The notes beneath the pieces were generated by a model, which was given only the letters and a program-made list of their open reading frames with translations, was not told the DNA's origin and made no database searches. A program made the translations under genes and the position numbers. A DNA stretch of 64,000 bases, taken from Styela clava. Its lineage: Eukaryota. Of the stretch, positions 12,890 to 26,458 are shown in pieces. The stretch is taken from assembly GCF_964204865.1 (NCBI RefSeq), contig NC_135255.1, positions 13,330,001-13,394,000 on the forward strand, written 5' to 3'. How positions within the stretch are numbered: position 1 is the first letter of the stretch; each line of letters starts with the position of its first letter.

Positions 12890-13645
12890 AAACTTGTGGC
12901 ATTAAGGAGTTAGAGGGGTAGCAAACCAACTCCTGGCTAACTAGAATGCTATTTGTTTAAATGGGTTCATGCTGTTCCCCTACCTTGCCTGTGACCCTGA
13001 AGGCGCCCAGAGATCTTGCTTGGGCCCGACGTTATTCTGTATTTTTATCAATGATTTCCCCCACAGCTTCACACTATTTTCAAAATTGTTCGCTGATGAC
13101 ACAAACCTTCATGATAGCGACGACAAGTCTCCGGATGTGCTTGAGTCCAGAGTGAACACTAAAATACAAAAAAGTAGCAAATTGATAAAACTTAACAAAC
13201 TAACATTGAATGTTGAAAAATCAAAAACTATGCTATTGCGGTAGATGCTGTATCGGCTTAGGTGTTTCACTTCAATTTCAACTTTGTGCATGGTTTACTT
13301 TGTCTTGTTTCAGTCTCATTTGCAATATGGATTTGTAGCTTGGGGATCAGCTAAGAAAACCATACTACGTCGAATCGAGATAATTCAAAACAGCGCTATG
13401 CGTGCTGTACTCTTTGCTGAGCCAATGTCAAAAATAAACCCCCACTACCATAAGATGCAACTAATCAAAATGGCAGATATTTATAAAAGCGAGGTATTAA
13501 AACTCATGCACCAGCACCATAAAACTGCCTACTGCATTTTGTCAAACAAACCAGTTGGCAGTTGCCAGTGTACACTCTTGTGCAATTCGGTCCGCTGCCA
13601 ATAGCCCATACTATGTGCCTCGCTATTCCTGTATTCCACCAATCA
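12890..13645 (+). mobile_element. Degenerate CR1/L2-type RT fragment
   Basis: LGPTLFCIFINDFP..LFADDTNL, NKLTLNVEKSK, SHLQYGFVAWGSA, IQNSAMRAV, with stops and frameshifts. Confidence 0.85.
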
Positions 13646-14210
13646 GCCAATTGTTATAGATATAATATATGGAATGAGTGTTATCTTTATTTGTCCATGT
13701 TTTTTTATAATATGCTATCACCATCACCATAATAATTCTCATCAACACTGTGGTTTACTTTGTTTCCAGTATTATTTGCTCCCACCTGACAGAGAAAAAT
13801 AACTCCAGTATGACTTTTTCCCACAAGTATTTTACCTCAATATCCTCAAGATTCCTTAATAGGCTATTCATCATCATTATATAAATTTGCATAAATGTTG
13901 TATTTTTACCCAAATAGTATGTGCACCTTGCAAGAGTCATAGCACAAAATAACTTTATAGCTTATGAACTTTTCCAATACTTGGATAAAGGCAAACTTCA
14001 TTTAATATTCTGTTACCTTTAATACTGTAATAGTCAATGTTCCATAACAGGCTAATCATTATTGTATTATTATATTCCATATACGTTGTTTAATAATGTT
14101 TCCATTATTATGTGTTCCACGCACCTCTCATTGACATTTCTCTGCATAAAATCCAAATTATGTATTTCTAGTTCCACTGTTGTTGCGGGGAATCCCCATG
14201 TAGTTCGTAG

Positions 14211-14587
14211 CGGGCTCGGCGGTGTGGCTCATTGTGCTCAAAGTGACTATAAACTTAGCGACTTATAGTCGCTTTGATCGTGCTAAGCGTTAGGAATACG
14301 CTCGCCCCCGCATCTCTGATTACTCTGCATGGGTTCGCAGGTTCGAATCCCATGCGGGATAGTTATGTGCGGGAGGATTGCTGGACTCCTCGCCGTCGTA
14401 GGGTGGTTCACGTAACCGCTGGCCGGTTACGGTTCCTCTACCATCAAGTCCATGCTTCCGAAACAAATAACTAACTAATCCCATACCCGACATGGACTGG
14501 TAACCGGACGAGATGCCGTGGTTCGCCATATGGATATGCCGTCTTATCGGCTTTCCTCTCCCCCGGGATAAATATATAAATCCTATC
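14211..14587 (+). mobile_element. tRNA-derived SINE (best-preserved copy; 38-bp insert in the A box)
   Basis: A-box-like TGGCTCATYGTG, B box GGTTCGAATCC, internal hairpin GTAACCG..CGGTTAC, 3' stem-loop GCCG-TCTTAT-CGGC, TCCTA tail. Confidence 0.85.
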
Positions 14588-14606
14588 GTGCTTCTTCCCA
14601 TCCACA

Positions 14607-15512
14607 CGCTTTGGTCCAAACCCAGGTTCGCGGGCCACATGTGGCCCACCGCTCCATAATCTGTGGCCCGCGTCGCATTTGCGCCAACGTAGACAAAAAA
14701 TCGTATTTGGTGTTGTTTCGTCAAAATAAAAATAACCGGAAAAATCTTTTGAGATATTGTTACATCACTAATTTAACTGGATTGACTAGTGTTATGGCTA
14801 GTGAAGTTGAATAATAATGTGCTTGGCTAGTCTAAATTGTCAACTGGCTTTCTATTTTTTTTTGGTCGTGAATATCTGCTAGCAAAATAGGCTTCATAGA
14901 AAACTAAAAATCAAATGAGTTGATTATGCATGATAACTAAACATTATTGTAATGGCCTAACAATATAATTCCTGCGGGTGTTTTTTTTTTGCAACCAGTC
15001 TTAACAGTAATACAAAAAATGCTGCCTATATATCAGAAAATTTAGTAATTACCCTTCTGTATCTCAAATTAGGTAAAATTCGGTAATCAGTCAATTTGCA
15101 GTTATTTGTAGGTTATTTTGTAAATATGAGTTTGAAAAGAAAGCTGGCCAATTTAAAGAGATATTTGACCTAATATAGGAAGGAAAATACCACAATGTTT
15201 GCTTAAATATGTCTGCAAACTGTGTCGGTAACAATCTAAAACGGCATTTTCTCATTATGTCTCTTTATCCGTTATGAGGTGTTCGAAATATTATACTAAA
15301 TGTAGATATAGTAAGATTTTTGCACGTTTTAGTGAGTTTTTTGGTGGTTGTTGCATGTTTCAGCTTGATAAATGACAAATAATGATCAATGTGATTTGAA
15401 CAATAAAAGCGTTTGTTTTGTACTGTTCAACTATTCTTGGCACTACTGTGACCCGCGAACATTACAAAAATATTAGTGTGGCCCGCGAGGCTGACAACTT
15501 TGGACCACCCTG
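14607..15512. mobile_element. hAT (Charlie-like) MITE with decayed left TIR; paralog ~45990-46891
   Basis: Subterminal GTGGCCCGCG/CGCGGGCCAC motifs at both ends; right TIR TTTGGACCACCCTG; left remnant TGGTCCAAA. Confidence 0.65.
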
Positions 15513-15538
15513 TAGGCATCGATGTAATATATTGTGTA

Positions 15539-16215
15539 TAATTTTGATGAATAGGGGTATCTTCAACAGGGGAGTACCCCAATTTATAAGTTTAAGTAGT
15601 TTTAGGCTCAAGGTGCGTGACAAACTTTATGTATTCCACTTTGATATAAAATAATAATATCACGTGCCTCTTGTGCGGAAAGGACATGCTATTAATCTTT
15701 GAAAATTCAACACTTTATCGGTATACGTAATTTTGATAAATAGGGGCATCCTTGACAGGGAAGACCCCAATCTTTAGATTCGAGTATTTTTATAGGCTCA
15801 AAGTGTGTGACAAACTTTATTTATTCCACTTCGATATAGAATAATAAAATAGGACATGCTATTATTCTTAAAAATTTAACCTTTTTATAGGTATACGTAA
15901 TTTTGATAAATACGGTCATCTTCTACAGGGAAAGGCGCAATTTCTAAGTTATAATTTTAGGTTCAAGGTGTGTGACAAACTTTACTTAATCTACTTTGAT
16001 ATAAAATAATAAAAACGCGTGCCTCTTGCGCGGAGACCATGCTATTAATCTTTGAAAGTTGCAATATTTAACACCTTATCGACATAGGTAATTTTGATTA
16101 ATAGGGGTATCTTCAAACAGGGAAAGATCCCAATTTCTAAGTTCGAGTAGCTCTATAGGTTCTAAGTGTGTGACAACTTTATATATTCCGATTTGACATA
16201 AAATCGCGTACCTCC
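15539..16215. repeat. Tandem repeat, four 170-190 bp units (three units at ~46918-47345)
   Basis: taattttgat.aatagggg...gtgacaaacttta recurs at ~15540, 15728, 15898 and 16089. Confidence 0.8.
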
Positions 16216-19200
16216 TGTGCGGATACCGGTTTCATGTCATATTACCATTTTCAATGAGTTGCATTTACTTTTAAAAATCAGTTGAATAAAACAAATCAGC
16301 CGGTTCCGCGTTCATTATTTTGTTTCAGTTAGTATTGTATTATCTACCACAAGAGATTCTTGTATCGATACCCAACACCACTAAAATTTATGAGAATGTG
16401 ATAGATACTTAGTTTATACGCGTAGAACGGCGACGCTACATTTTGTGAACTGATGAAACTGTCGTCGATCGTGTCGTGCAGTCCTATTCCCTAACTAAAG
16501 TGGAGCCCCAGTTTGAAGAGCCCTGTTCTAGACATTGACAGGGATAAACAAAGAGAAGGATATGGATAAATATCAAAACCTTATATCGACATAAAAACTG
16601 TTCTTTGACGGCCTTGTATTTCTAAATCTGGACAAAATGTAAGGTAATCCAAGTTTGATAACAAAATGCAGACAAAGTTACGCAAATGTATTTATTAAAA
16701 AAAGTAATAATATGCCATCAAAAGCATTTTTGCTTGCAGTGAGTGTCCAAGTGAAAAATGAAATACAGAAACGGGGCAAAGCAGTGACGGAAACATAAAT
16801 ACAAAGACTGAAAAAATAAAAACTGCTGAAGATCAAAAAAAATCTTGGATCTTCTAAACTTCCAAATTTGCAGAAAATGAGATATTCTAAACAAGAATAT
16901 TCTCACGAACTCGACAATAATTGAGCATCATTCACAGGAACAAATCGTATGCACAAAACTTTGGTTTAGGTCGGAAGGAATCATCCAGTTTCTTGACAAT
17001 ATTCTGGTGCAGAACTGATCTTCACAAACACCTTCCATCAATTCGTTAAGGTTACACTTAAACTAAGCAAGTAGTCCTACAATACACCAAGTACTGCATA
17101 AAACAAAACAATATTAATTGGCATCTGCAAAGCCCATGAAGGAGCCGAGATGCGAAAATAACAGTTCATGTTTGTTGTAGAACGGAACCTAGTGCAGTAT
17201 TAAACAGTACTTACTGCAAGTTGAGGAGACCGGGTACTGCAGAATATGAAAATCGAAGATATACCTGAAAAAAAATAAGTGGCAAAGATGTGTAGAAAAG
17301 ATTGATGTTATGAGAGTTTTTTTTTATATTTTGCTCTATCGAAATGGAAGAAAAGTTTGATTAGGACAAATACAGGCAACCACCCTGCTGTATTCTAAGG
17401 GCGCCCACTTCCGAATACCCTACATTTCTATTTTCTGATGCAAAATATACTGTATAAAGTAAAATATTGAGATGCTTAATATAGTAACAAAGATAACCAA
17501 CCACTCTCACCTTTTTATTGCAAGAAATTAACTTGAGGAGTTTTGGGCAGAAGACATCCTGCATCCATCTGTAACCATGATGAACATCGAATTTTTTCCG
17601 GAATAAAATCTTCAGGTTTCGCATATGTTTTCAGAGTGGTGAGATACTGCAGTAACAGAGAAAACGTATATTGGAACAAATAAATCGTAACAGCATTGTG
17701 TAGAATGGAAAGGAAAATAGAAAAAAAATAACGAATCAAACAATCCACAATGTCAGTTCTTTTCACGGTTTCAATACAAGACATCTTGAGTAATTTCCGA
17801 AGCAATCAAAACACCTCCAACAGGCAATGCAAGAGTGATTTCAAATATCTGAAGTTACTATAAACTTTATCTGCCTCTCTTAACACAATACTCTATCCTG
17901 TTGTTCCTAAACTGTTCTGATGAAGAGACTAAATACAAGTCGATATAAATATTTAACCTGAAATTTTAGATTGGATGTTTCCTAAATATGCATGTTAATA
18001 TTCGATAATAGGAAGAAAAAAATCCAGGAGCCCTAAGTCTGCTGAAACTATACTGAAATCAAATGAATATGAGTGTCTTATTACTTTATAATAGGGCATT
18101 CCTAAAATAGTGTGAGAAAGAATTTAAAAAGAAAATTTCTTTATTTTTCTTCAGAATGCAAAATAATAGGAATGTCCATAGAATTCAGACACGACGAAGC
18201 CCGGGTTTCAGGGCTATAACATGCAGAAAACGCAATTTACTGCTTTAAAATATTCTGAATAAACTGTACAAATTCAAAAACGTGAAGATTCCAGACTTCA
18301 AAGTCAAAACTAAAAGAATGACGAAATTCAAGCAAAGGAATAAATTAACAGTTTTAAATGATTTGGTTTCTGCAGACGAACTACTTAACTTTTATGCTTT
18401 TGTGTCGATGAATCCATATGCACTCAATGCAAGGATGCTGTAGTAACAGTGGAGATAACTATCCTAGTGATTCAAAAGTCTTGGTGCACACTAACACAAA
18501 TATATTTCTATAACGTTTCATCTAACAATGATGACAGGCTATCAAATCAAACTGAAATGCTAGTCTTTCAACCAGCAAGATTATTAAAACTTCTGGTTTA
18601 TCGCTATCAAAACAAAGCAGTTTTACAATCCAACATCCTGACTCTTGATTCATTGAAATAAGAAAGTGCATCTGATTTCAGTACTAGTTTAAGAGAATAA
18701 ACATTTAACTGTGGCAAATACAAGACACATTCAAAAATCTCATTCTATTAAAGCTGGAAATTTTCTACCTGCATCTTAAGGACATCTGAAATTAAAACTC
18801 CCATAATGGCTAGTTAATCTGAAAGTATGAAAATATGACCCACAAAAAACTTTAAAATGAATGCAATCAAAATAAATCGATTTTACGTACATTTGCAAGA
18901 AGCCACATGGTCCCAATTTTTGTATGAAATTATCACTTTACAAATATAACAACTTTCTAATTGCACTCACCTGTTGCCCAGGAAACAAAGTTTAAAACAT
19001 TTTACCAGATAAGAAAAATTTATATTTACATCAGTCCACAGCTCACGAGAATATGGTACTACATCCACAGACCGCCGGGACAGATGTATTGCCTAAAATA
19101 GGGATTATTTTCAATAAACATAATTGTCACTTTGTCAATTTCACAAAATCAAAACTTGATACCCGTACCTTTGATATTCTTCCACGAGAGAAAAGTGACG

Positions 19201-22200
19201 AGACCGATCTAGTGAATTTTGTGAAAAAAAAAATATAGAAATTATTAAGTTCCCTCATGAAACTTTTATAAATCAATTAAAGAAGGGATTTAAACATTTA
19301 ACATCTATTTACTTAGCTTTACATACAACTCGTAAGAAAAGATGTTGATTAACATAAAACTTGAATAGAAAATAAATCAAATATTAATCAAAAGATTATT
19401 CAAGATTTACTACATTTTCCATATCATCATGTTTTGACACAATGTAGTTGAAGTTATCCTCCATAATATGGAAACGATTGTTGAGTCATCTCCAAAACTG
19501 AGAAAATGTCGGCAAGCCCTGGAATATAAAAATATATTCCATAAAATTTGGAATATCTGAGTTAATGTTCCCGAAACCTTGATCTAAAATGCTGATGAAA
19601 GTACAGTCAAAATTGAAAAACCAAACAAATATTATTTTTCCATTACAAGATAATTTACAAAGACTGTGTATATCAAATACTAATTCTAAATGCATATGAA
19701 GAACGCTAAAGCTAAAATGTTTCTACAATAACATTTCTAAATTTGGTATACCCTAATGGTCCCTTGTTTGAATGAAAGATTGTTGTTAAAGAAACCCATT
19801 TACTTAGAATATGAATTCAAAAATTCACCAAATCATATACAGATATTTATAAACTTATTTAAATAGTCGTTGCACACTAGTTGGCGCTCCTGAAGTATGT
19901 GAACCAAATTGGCAGACACCGGAACGTAGTACGTGTAGGCTACTAGGTTAGGGTTAGGCCATATTTTTATGCCAATTTTTCTTATTTTAGTTCTACTACG
20001 AGTTCAGGGACTAGGCAAGTGACTCCTATACTATGTACCTAAAATTATGGCTTAGCCCTAACCTGGTACACATACTACGCTCAAGTGTTTGCCATTTTGA
20101 TTCACATACTTCAGGAGTACCTACTAGTTTACCTTCCAACAAATCACCATTTATCCACTTACCTCAATAACAGTGGAACATTATACGGCATCAGATCAGT
20201 AAGAAAATTATAAGCAGTTGATATGTGTTGCCTTGTATGAAAGCATGATAAGTAGATAGACGCAACCTGTAGTTTATAAAATACTAAACTCAATATCATC
20301 ATGTAAATACTGTCATTATCAAAAATCGTTCGGTCTACGCATTATTATATTTTATATTCAAAATATTTAGTATCCTAAATGAGTTTATTATCATTAAGCA
20401 AAAAAGCAAAATCACAAAAATTTTTATTATTCCGAGAATTAGACATAAACATCTATAAAAAATAAAAGGATATGAATTTTAATAAACAACTGTACACTTA
20501 CAATTATTATGTATCATGTTAGAATCTAGTAACCTAGAGTACATCATCGCCAATAAGTTCACATAATATCCCTACCTGATTATGAAATGTGTAGTCATAA
20601 AATCTGGCATCAGAGCTGAGCAATTCATCAATGGCTAAATCTGGAGAACAAGTTGTTATGCATCGACGAATAACTGCAGTAAAATTCTTTAGCCATATTT
20701 GACGCATTTTTACAGTTATTGTTGTTGATTCGACTAGTTTTGAAGCAAGATGCTGACGATATAGAAGATATCTGTAAAGAAAATTTGATATAATAAAAAT
20801 GGACTCGGGATATTTTTTTTTCCAAATGGGAGACGTTTTGACCATTTATGTAGTAGTAGTACTTACATATTTATCCTGGAGGAGAGAAAAGAATAGGAAT
20901 GGGACGCTTAGCACAACGCGCCACTGGATATCATCAACATGTCACTTAGACCATTTTTAATTCAGATTCTCAGGCATGGTTGGAAACATTATCTAGCAAT
21001 TGATTAGTTTTTTTGTTGTGTTTCCGAAACTTGGGTACAAATTAAACAACTGAATGATTATTTTGTCTTTCTAAAAGTTTTAATCAGTTACAAAGATCAA
21101 AAATGAGTCCTGAGAAGAGAAACTAAAATTAGCTATCAATACTTTTGGATTTTACAATGATGGTATCAAGAAGTCTCCAAATAAGTATTTCAAGGAAAAT
21201 GAATTATTTGAATATACTTTTTTTTTATTATTAAAAAAATTTGCGAATCTGATTATAAAGTCCCACCTTAGCCATATTTGTCTTCTATCATTTTCATCAC
21301 CCACATCCACGATTGCCTTTTCATAATAATCCAGTATAACGTTGACAGATTCGCTGGATAAATCGAGAATTACACTGAAAAGAACATGATACACCATAAA
21401 GCATTGTTCAAAAATGAATAGAATCCAAATAGGAATTCCATTACGATTTCCGTAATCACAAACATTGATTGAGTGGCACATCAGGATATTTCTGGATCTA
21501 CAGGGCGTCCATAAAGTCCCTTTATATTTTCCATTTTGTTACGAAGTCAGGTCTAAATATATCTTAACCAGGTTTGTTGTTTTTTAATCAGTGAATTCAA
21601 AAGTGTTTTTACTTCATCTATCTCGATAAGTATGTTGATAGGTATTTGTTTGTTTGTTTGTCTGTCAGACACTTTCGTATGTTACGCGATATCTCACGAA
21701 AGCAAGGTTGAATCTACTCCAAATTTTGCATGTGCATTCAATATATATTGAATCAGAAGCCTATTGCTTTTGGATGAATTATGTCGTATAATTAGCGAGT
21801 TATTAATTATTTAGTGATGGAACATGCGGTGTTGTTATTGAGTCAGAGCGAAGGATTCGAAACCGCAGATCGATAAGTCGACGGTCTCCGATCGCTAGCT
21901 AGTTTAATACATCTGTAAGGGCCGAAACAATTTATGACATCGATAAATACCATTTGCAATATTAAAAAAAATTGAGACACCCAATATATCTTAACACTCA
22001 TAATTTCAACAGCCTTGATCTATTTCACTTACATGTAAATCATCCATAAATATGCTTTGTTCTTCCCAACAATTTTCCAACTAATTTCCGGTAAAAGAGA
22101 AAGATGTTTGTCAGTTAATGAATCCGATAATCTCAATAAGTAGTGAAATAATTTCTTCAATTCTGATAAATTAATCACATCTATATCTGAAAAAGAAACC

Positions 22201-23310
22201 AAAATGAAGCTAAAATTGAGAACCTAATATTAATATTAAAATCATGTCATCACTTAGGGTGTAATAAACTAGGCAATGCCGAAACCTGGTAACTACAGGG
22301 TGGTGGCTAGAAAAACAGTACCAACCTAAAACAACCTAGAACCTAAAAGAAAACACACATTTTATTTGTGGTGTCATGTGACCTTCAAATTTTCTGCTTT
22401 TTTATCGACCACCCTGGTGTATTTCACATGGTGAAACTTGATTTTATAAAAACTACGAAACTTTTACCTATTTTCAAATAAGCTGAAGCACAAGTTTCAA
22501 AATACAGAAGTGCAGCATCAATGTCCGATGATTCTTGATTCAATTGAAACAAAGCTGCTTCATAACAAAGTTTTGCATCAGATGGATTTTCTGTCACAGC
22601 TTCTTCAAACACCTTCAAAAAAGTAATACTAAATAGAAGAAGATCTTCTTGCCTGTTTGTCCTATCCATGACTGTTATAATATCCCATTAAAAATAAGTA
22701 TGCATAAACGATTTGACATTTCTCATTTATTACCACAAGAAAAATAATTTTTTTAAAACTTAACATAATAATTTTGATATTTCAGTGCCTTTTTTATGCT
22801 TTTAATGGCTCAGTTATAGTTACATAGTTTATAGCTTTTTCAACCTGCAGAATAACATTTCAAACGCCCAAATATCTGTTTTTCAGGCACTTCGTCATTT
22901 TCTCACACAATACATTTTGACAACAATACCAAACGCGCCGAAATTTCACAGCCAAATAGCATGGGAAACAAGTTTTTTTGCAATTTCCCATGGCAATTCA
23001 AACTACTTCATGACAAAAATAGTACTTTTTTAGCCATTCAAATTTAATGAATGGAAACATTCCAACCTCTGAAATCTAAACGAATGCAAAAATTCAATAT
23101 AAATACTTTGCTTGCTACAGTAGTACAGTCGGCTGCTTAATGCAGTAGGTTGGCATGCATAGATGTATTTGCCTCAACTTTATAAATAACAGTTAGTAAG
23201 ATAGAAATTTCATTGAGATGGAATTGCAACTTCATTAATTTTAGACAGAAATGTATGCTAGACTGCATTTGAGTTTCAATTCTAATATTTGCTTTAAACA
23301 GGCGTTAAAT

Positions 23311-24955
23311 ATGAGTAAGGGTATACTATATTGGATGTTTTTGAGCATTCAATTGCTCGTCAACCAAGTATATTGCAATCAAAGAATTTGCATGCAAATT
23401 GAAAATGTCAATACAGAAGAAACGTACCCAATTCCACCACAACAAAGTTCACAGGGTGTTCCGGGCAAACGAGGACCACCTGGTGAAATTGGACCAAAAG
23501 GATCACAGGGGCCCAGAGGACCAAAAGGAATTGTTGATTATGAAAGAATTAATGCAGCAATAGAATCAGGTAATTTAAATTAATATTGGCCGTAAGCATC
23601 AGTGGGGCTTGTACAAAGCCTTGTTTGAAGTGGAAGAACTTGCAAAAATTACAGATTTCCGTATATAAGAATATACTGAAGTTTACTTCTTATTGTATAT
23701 ATATATATAGTTTACATCTTTTTAAATGATGATATAATGACTGTCTGTATAAATGGACCTGGTATAGACAAAACTTAATAATTGGGTTTGTGCAGAACAT
23801 CCAAGTATGTTATGTTGTGGACTTTATTCACTCATTCAGTGGTAAAATTAAAACAATGTATCACTAATTTTGATGCTTTTATAAAATTTAGTTTGTTTGA
23901 TTTGTATTATTACTTCAGCGACCCATACTTTTATATTTAATCCATTGCAGCGATAAATGAGCTGCGGACAGAAACGGAAGAGAAGATGAATAAAACTATA
24001 AATGATCTTCAGCAGAGGATGGGTAATAGTTACTAAACTATCAATTATGAACAAACATGAATTTAATTTATTCTCAAACTGAGCTAAATGAAATTTTCAT
24101 TTATCAAATATGATAGTCAACTGCGAAGTCATTCACAAGAATACTTGTTATCGGATGATACTTCGTGAAACACAAATGAATTTTGACCAAGCAACACAAG
24201 CATGTAGAGATATCCGTATGAATATTGGATACATTGAAGATGAAACACATTACCAAAAAATCGCAGAGTTAGTCAGATTAAAATCAACATTATTTCGAAC
24301 AGGATACTGGACAGGACTATTGTACAAAAACTCGGTGAGTATTTAAATTTGATTCATAATGAATATGGTGAACTACCAATTCTTCAGCATTTCTATCTCA
24401 GTAAATCATCAATGACTTATCTCAGCTTACGCTCGACGGTGTAGTGTAAAGTGCTGAGCGTTAGGAATACGGTTGCAACAGCACCCCTGACTATCTTACA
24501 TAGTTTTGCAGGTCCAAATCCTGTGTGGGATAATTATGTACGAGATGAATGCAGGAATCCTCGCCTCCATAGGGTAGTTCACATAACCGCTGGTCGGTTA
24601 TGGCTTTCTTCGTCATTAAGTTCATGCATTAAAAACTGGCTAACTAATCCCACACCCAACATGACTGTTACCGGACGAGAGGCTGCGGTTCCCCATATGA
24701 TTATTAATTCGCGTTATCGCCTCTCCCGGGATGAGTGTGTAACTCCTATCCTATTTATTTCAGCAACTTGTGACACTTTCTGGAAATCCATCACCGTTCA
24801 CTAAATGGTATCCAAGTACACCCAATAGTAGCGGGCAAAAAAAAAATGTGTTCATTAATGTCAGGAAAGATACAGGAAATGTAAACCACGGCATGTATAA
24901 CAACTATCAAACAGTCACACAACCTGGAGTGTTATGTCAAATCATGTATACTTGA
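23311..24955 (+). CDS. Collectin-like protein copy B, intact, 246 aa
   Basis: Exons 23311-23569, 23951-24022, 24117-24334, 24764-24955 (259+72+218+192 = 741 nt), all GT-AG, open frame. Signal peptide, collagen GVPGKRGPPGEIGPKGSQGPRGPKGIV, neck, CTLD. Confidence 0.9.
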
Positions 24956-26426
24956 GATCGGATTAGCAAGCATTGTCCTGTTTGTTAACTTCTCGGATCA
25001 CACAAACTACAATGCTAGTTATATTGTCAATATTCAAATTACATAAATCATAAGGTGCCTTTGATTACAGAATCCCATTTTTATTATTATTTGATTTGAT
25101 TATTATCTTGCTTAATATCTATCAACTACTATGTGTAATGTGATAATGGTTAAAATTAATTTTGTGTTTTGCTTTTTGTTTGCATTGGCAACAAATATAT
25201 AAGTATTGAAAAATAAAGAAATATGGTATTTATAAAAGATAGTGAAGGCAGAAGAGGCATATTTTATTGTTGAAGTACAGTGATACCTCAGTAGTCGAAT
25301 GACTCGTTACTCAAACATTCAGCAGTCGACCAAAAATTATAGTCAAAAATACTGAAGTTCCTTAAAACGAAAATCGGGTGATCGAACATTTGAGCATTCC
25401 CTGAGTGAGATTACATCAACCAAACAGCAAATCTCGACTGCCTCTTTACCACTCAACAACAGAGCCATGCTAATATATGTGAACATGAAAGACAATATAA
25501 AGAAGTACGCGTATGGTTTATGTCACAATAAACTGTTGGTTGGTACAGCAATTTTCACGACTAACGAGGAAGCAGAACTGTCACAAGATGGACAAATATT
25601 TATGCAGTCATCGTAAACAATGAACAAATCCCATAGAACCCAAAGATTTTTATCTTCATTATGTTTAATCTTTATTATGTACACATTTAAATGATTATTG
25701 TTGTTTAAAAACACTTTTTGTTGATAGTTAGTTAAAAACATATTACATTACATAGGCTGTCTAATACATTAAATTCTCAAATTAAAATTTCTCATTCATT
25801 CCACACAAGTCATACATCTTTTTTATTTTCATATACTTTTCAAAAAAATAATAATTTAGATATTTTAGTGCCTTGTTTTTATGGCTCAGTTGAAGTTGCA
25901 AAAAACATTGTTAATAGCTTTTTTCAAGCTGCAAAAAACATTTCAAATGCCCAAATGTCTGTTTTTTCTGTAAATCATCATTTCCTTGCACGAACAGGCC
26001 AAGACTTATATTGAAAACAATACCAAAAGTACAGAAATTTCACAGCCAAATAACGTGGGAAACAAGTTTTTTGCAATTTACACGACAATCCAAAACACCA
26101 CACAACAAAAATAGCAAATTTTTCGTGGTTAAAAACAACACACCATCTAAAAACGAAAGCATAATCCCAATATAAATACTTGCTACAGTACATTGCTTAA
26201 TGTAGTAGGTTAGCAACAATACTAGAATGCTGGTTATAAAATAAAGCACATGATGATGAACTATTTAACTTCACATGAATAATCATTTTATTAAGAATCA
26301 TCGATTTGGACTTATATAGGTGGCACCTGATTACAAAATTCTATTTTTTTATCATTAATATTATTTGATTATGATCTTGTTCAATATCACTCATCTAACA
26401 TGTGCAGCAATTTCACAGCCAAATAG

Positions 26427-26458
26427 CGTGGGAAACAAGTTTTTTGCAATTTCCCACG
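26427..26458. promoter_or_regulatory. Inverted CSL/Su(H) paired site (SPS) upstream of collectin C
   Basis: CGTGGGAA-16 nt-TTCCCACG. Variants at 7102-7133, 22960-22992, 26054-26084, 37213-37244, 58141-58172. Confidence 0.55.

Larger units (their letters stand above)
1..16377. repeat. Tandem segmental duplication unit 1 (~16.4 kb)
   Basis: Sequence at position 1 (ccactataatttatgaga) recurs at 16378 and 47505, and colinear near-identical blocks follow. Confidence 0.9.

Noticed and set aside
13756-13960. Further upstream ZFC3H1 exons, and a terminal exon near 2150-2470
   Set aside because: Splice-like signals exist, but I could not establish frame or similarity with confidence.
14211-14360. 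Functional tRNA gene
   Set aside because: A and B boxes are present but too far apart for a cloverleaf, and are followed by a SINE body and tail with many decayed copies.
14320-14814. Short ORFs here and at 8647, 24451, 28534, 44914, 45603, 52235, 59982
   Set aside because: They fall in SINEs or MITEs, or antisense to real exons; no protein motifs.
15539-16215. CRISPR-like array
   Set aside because: Long degenerate head-to-tail repeats without unique spacers; eukaryotic context, no cas genes.
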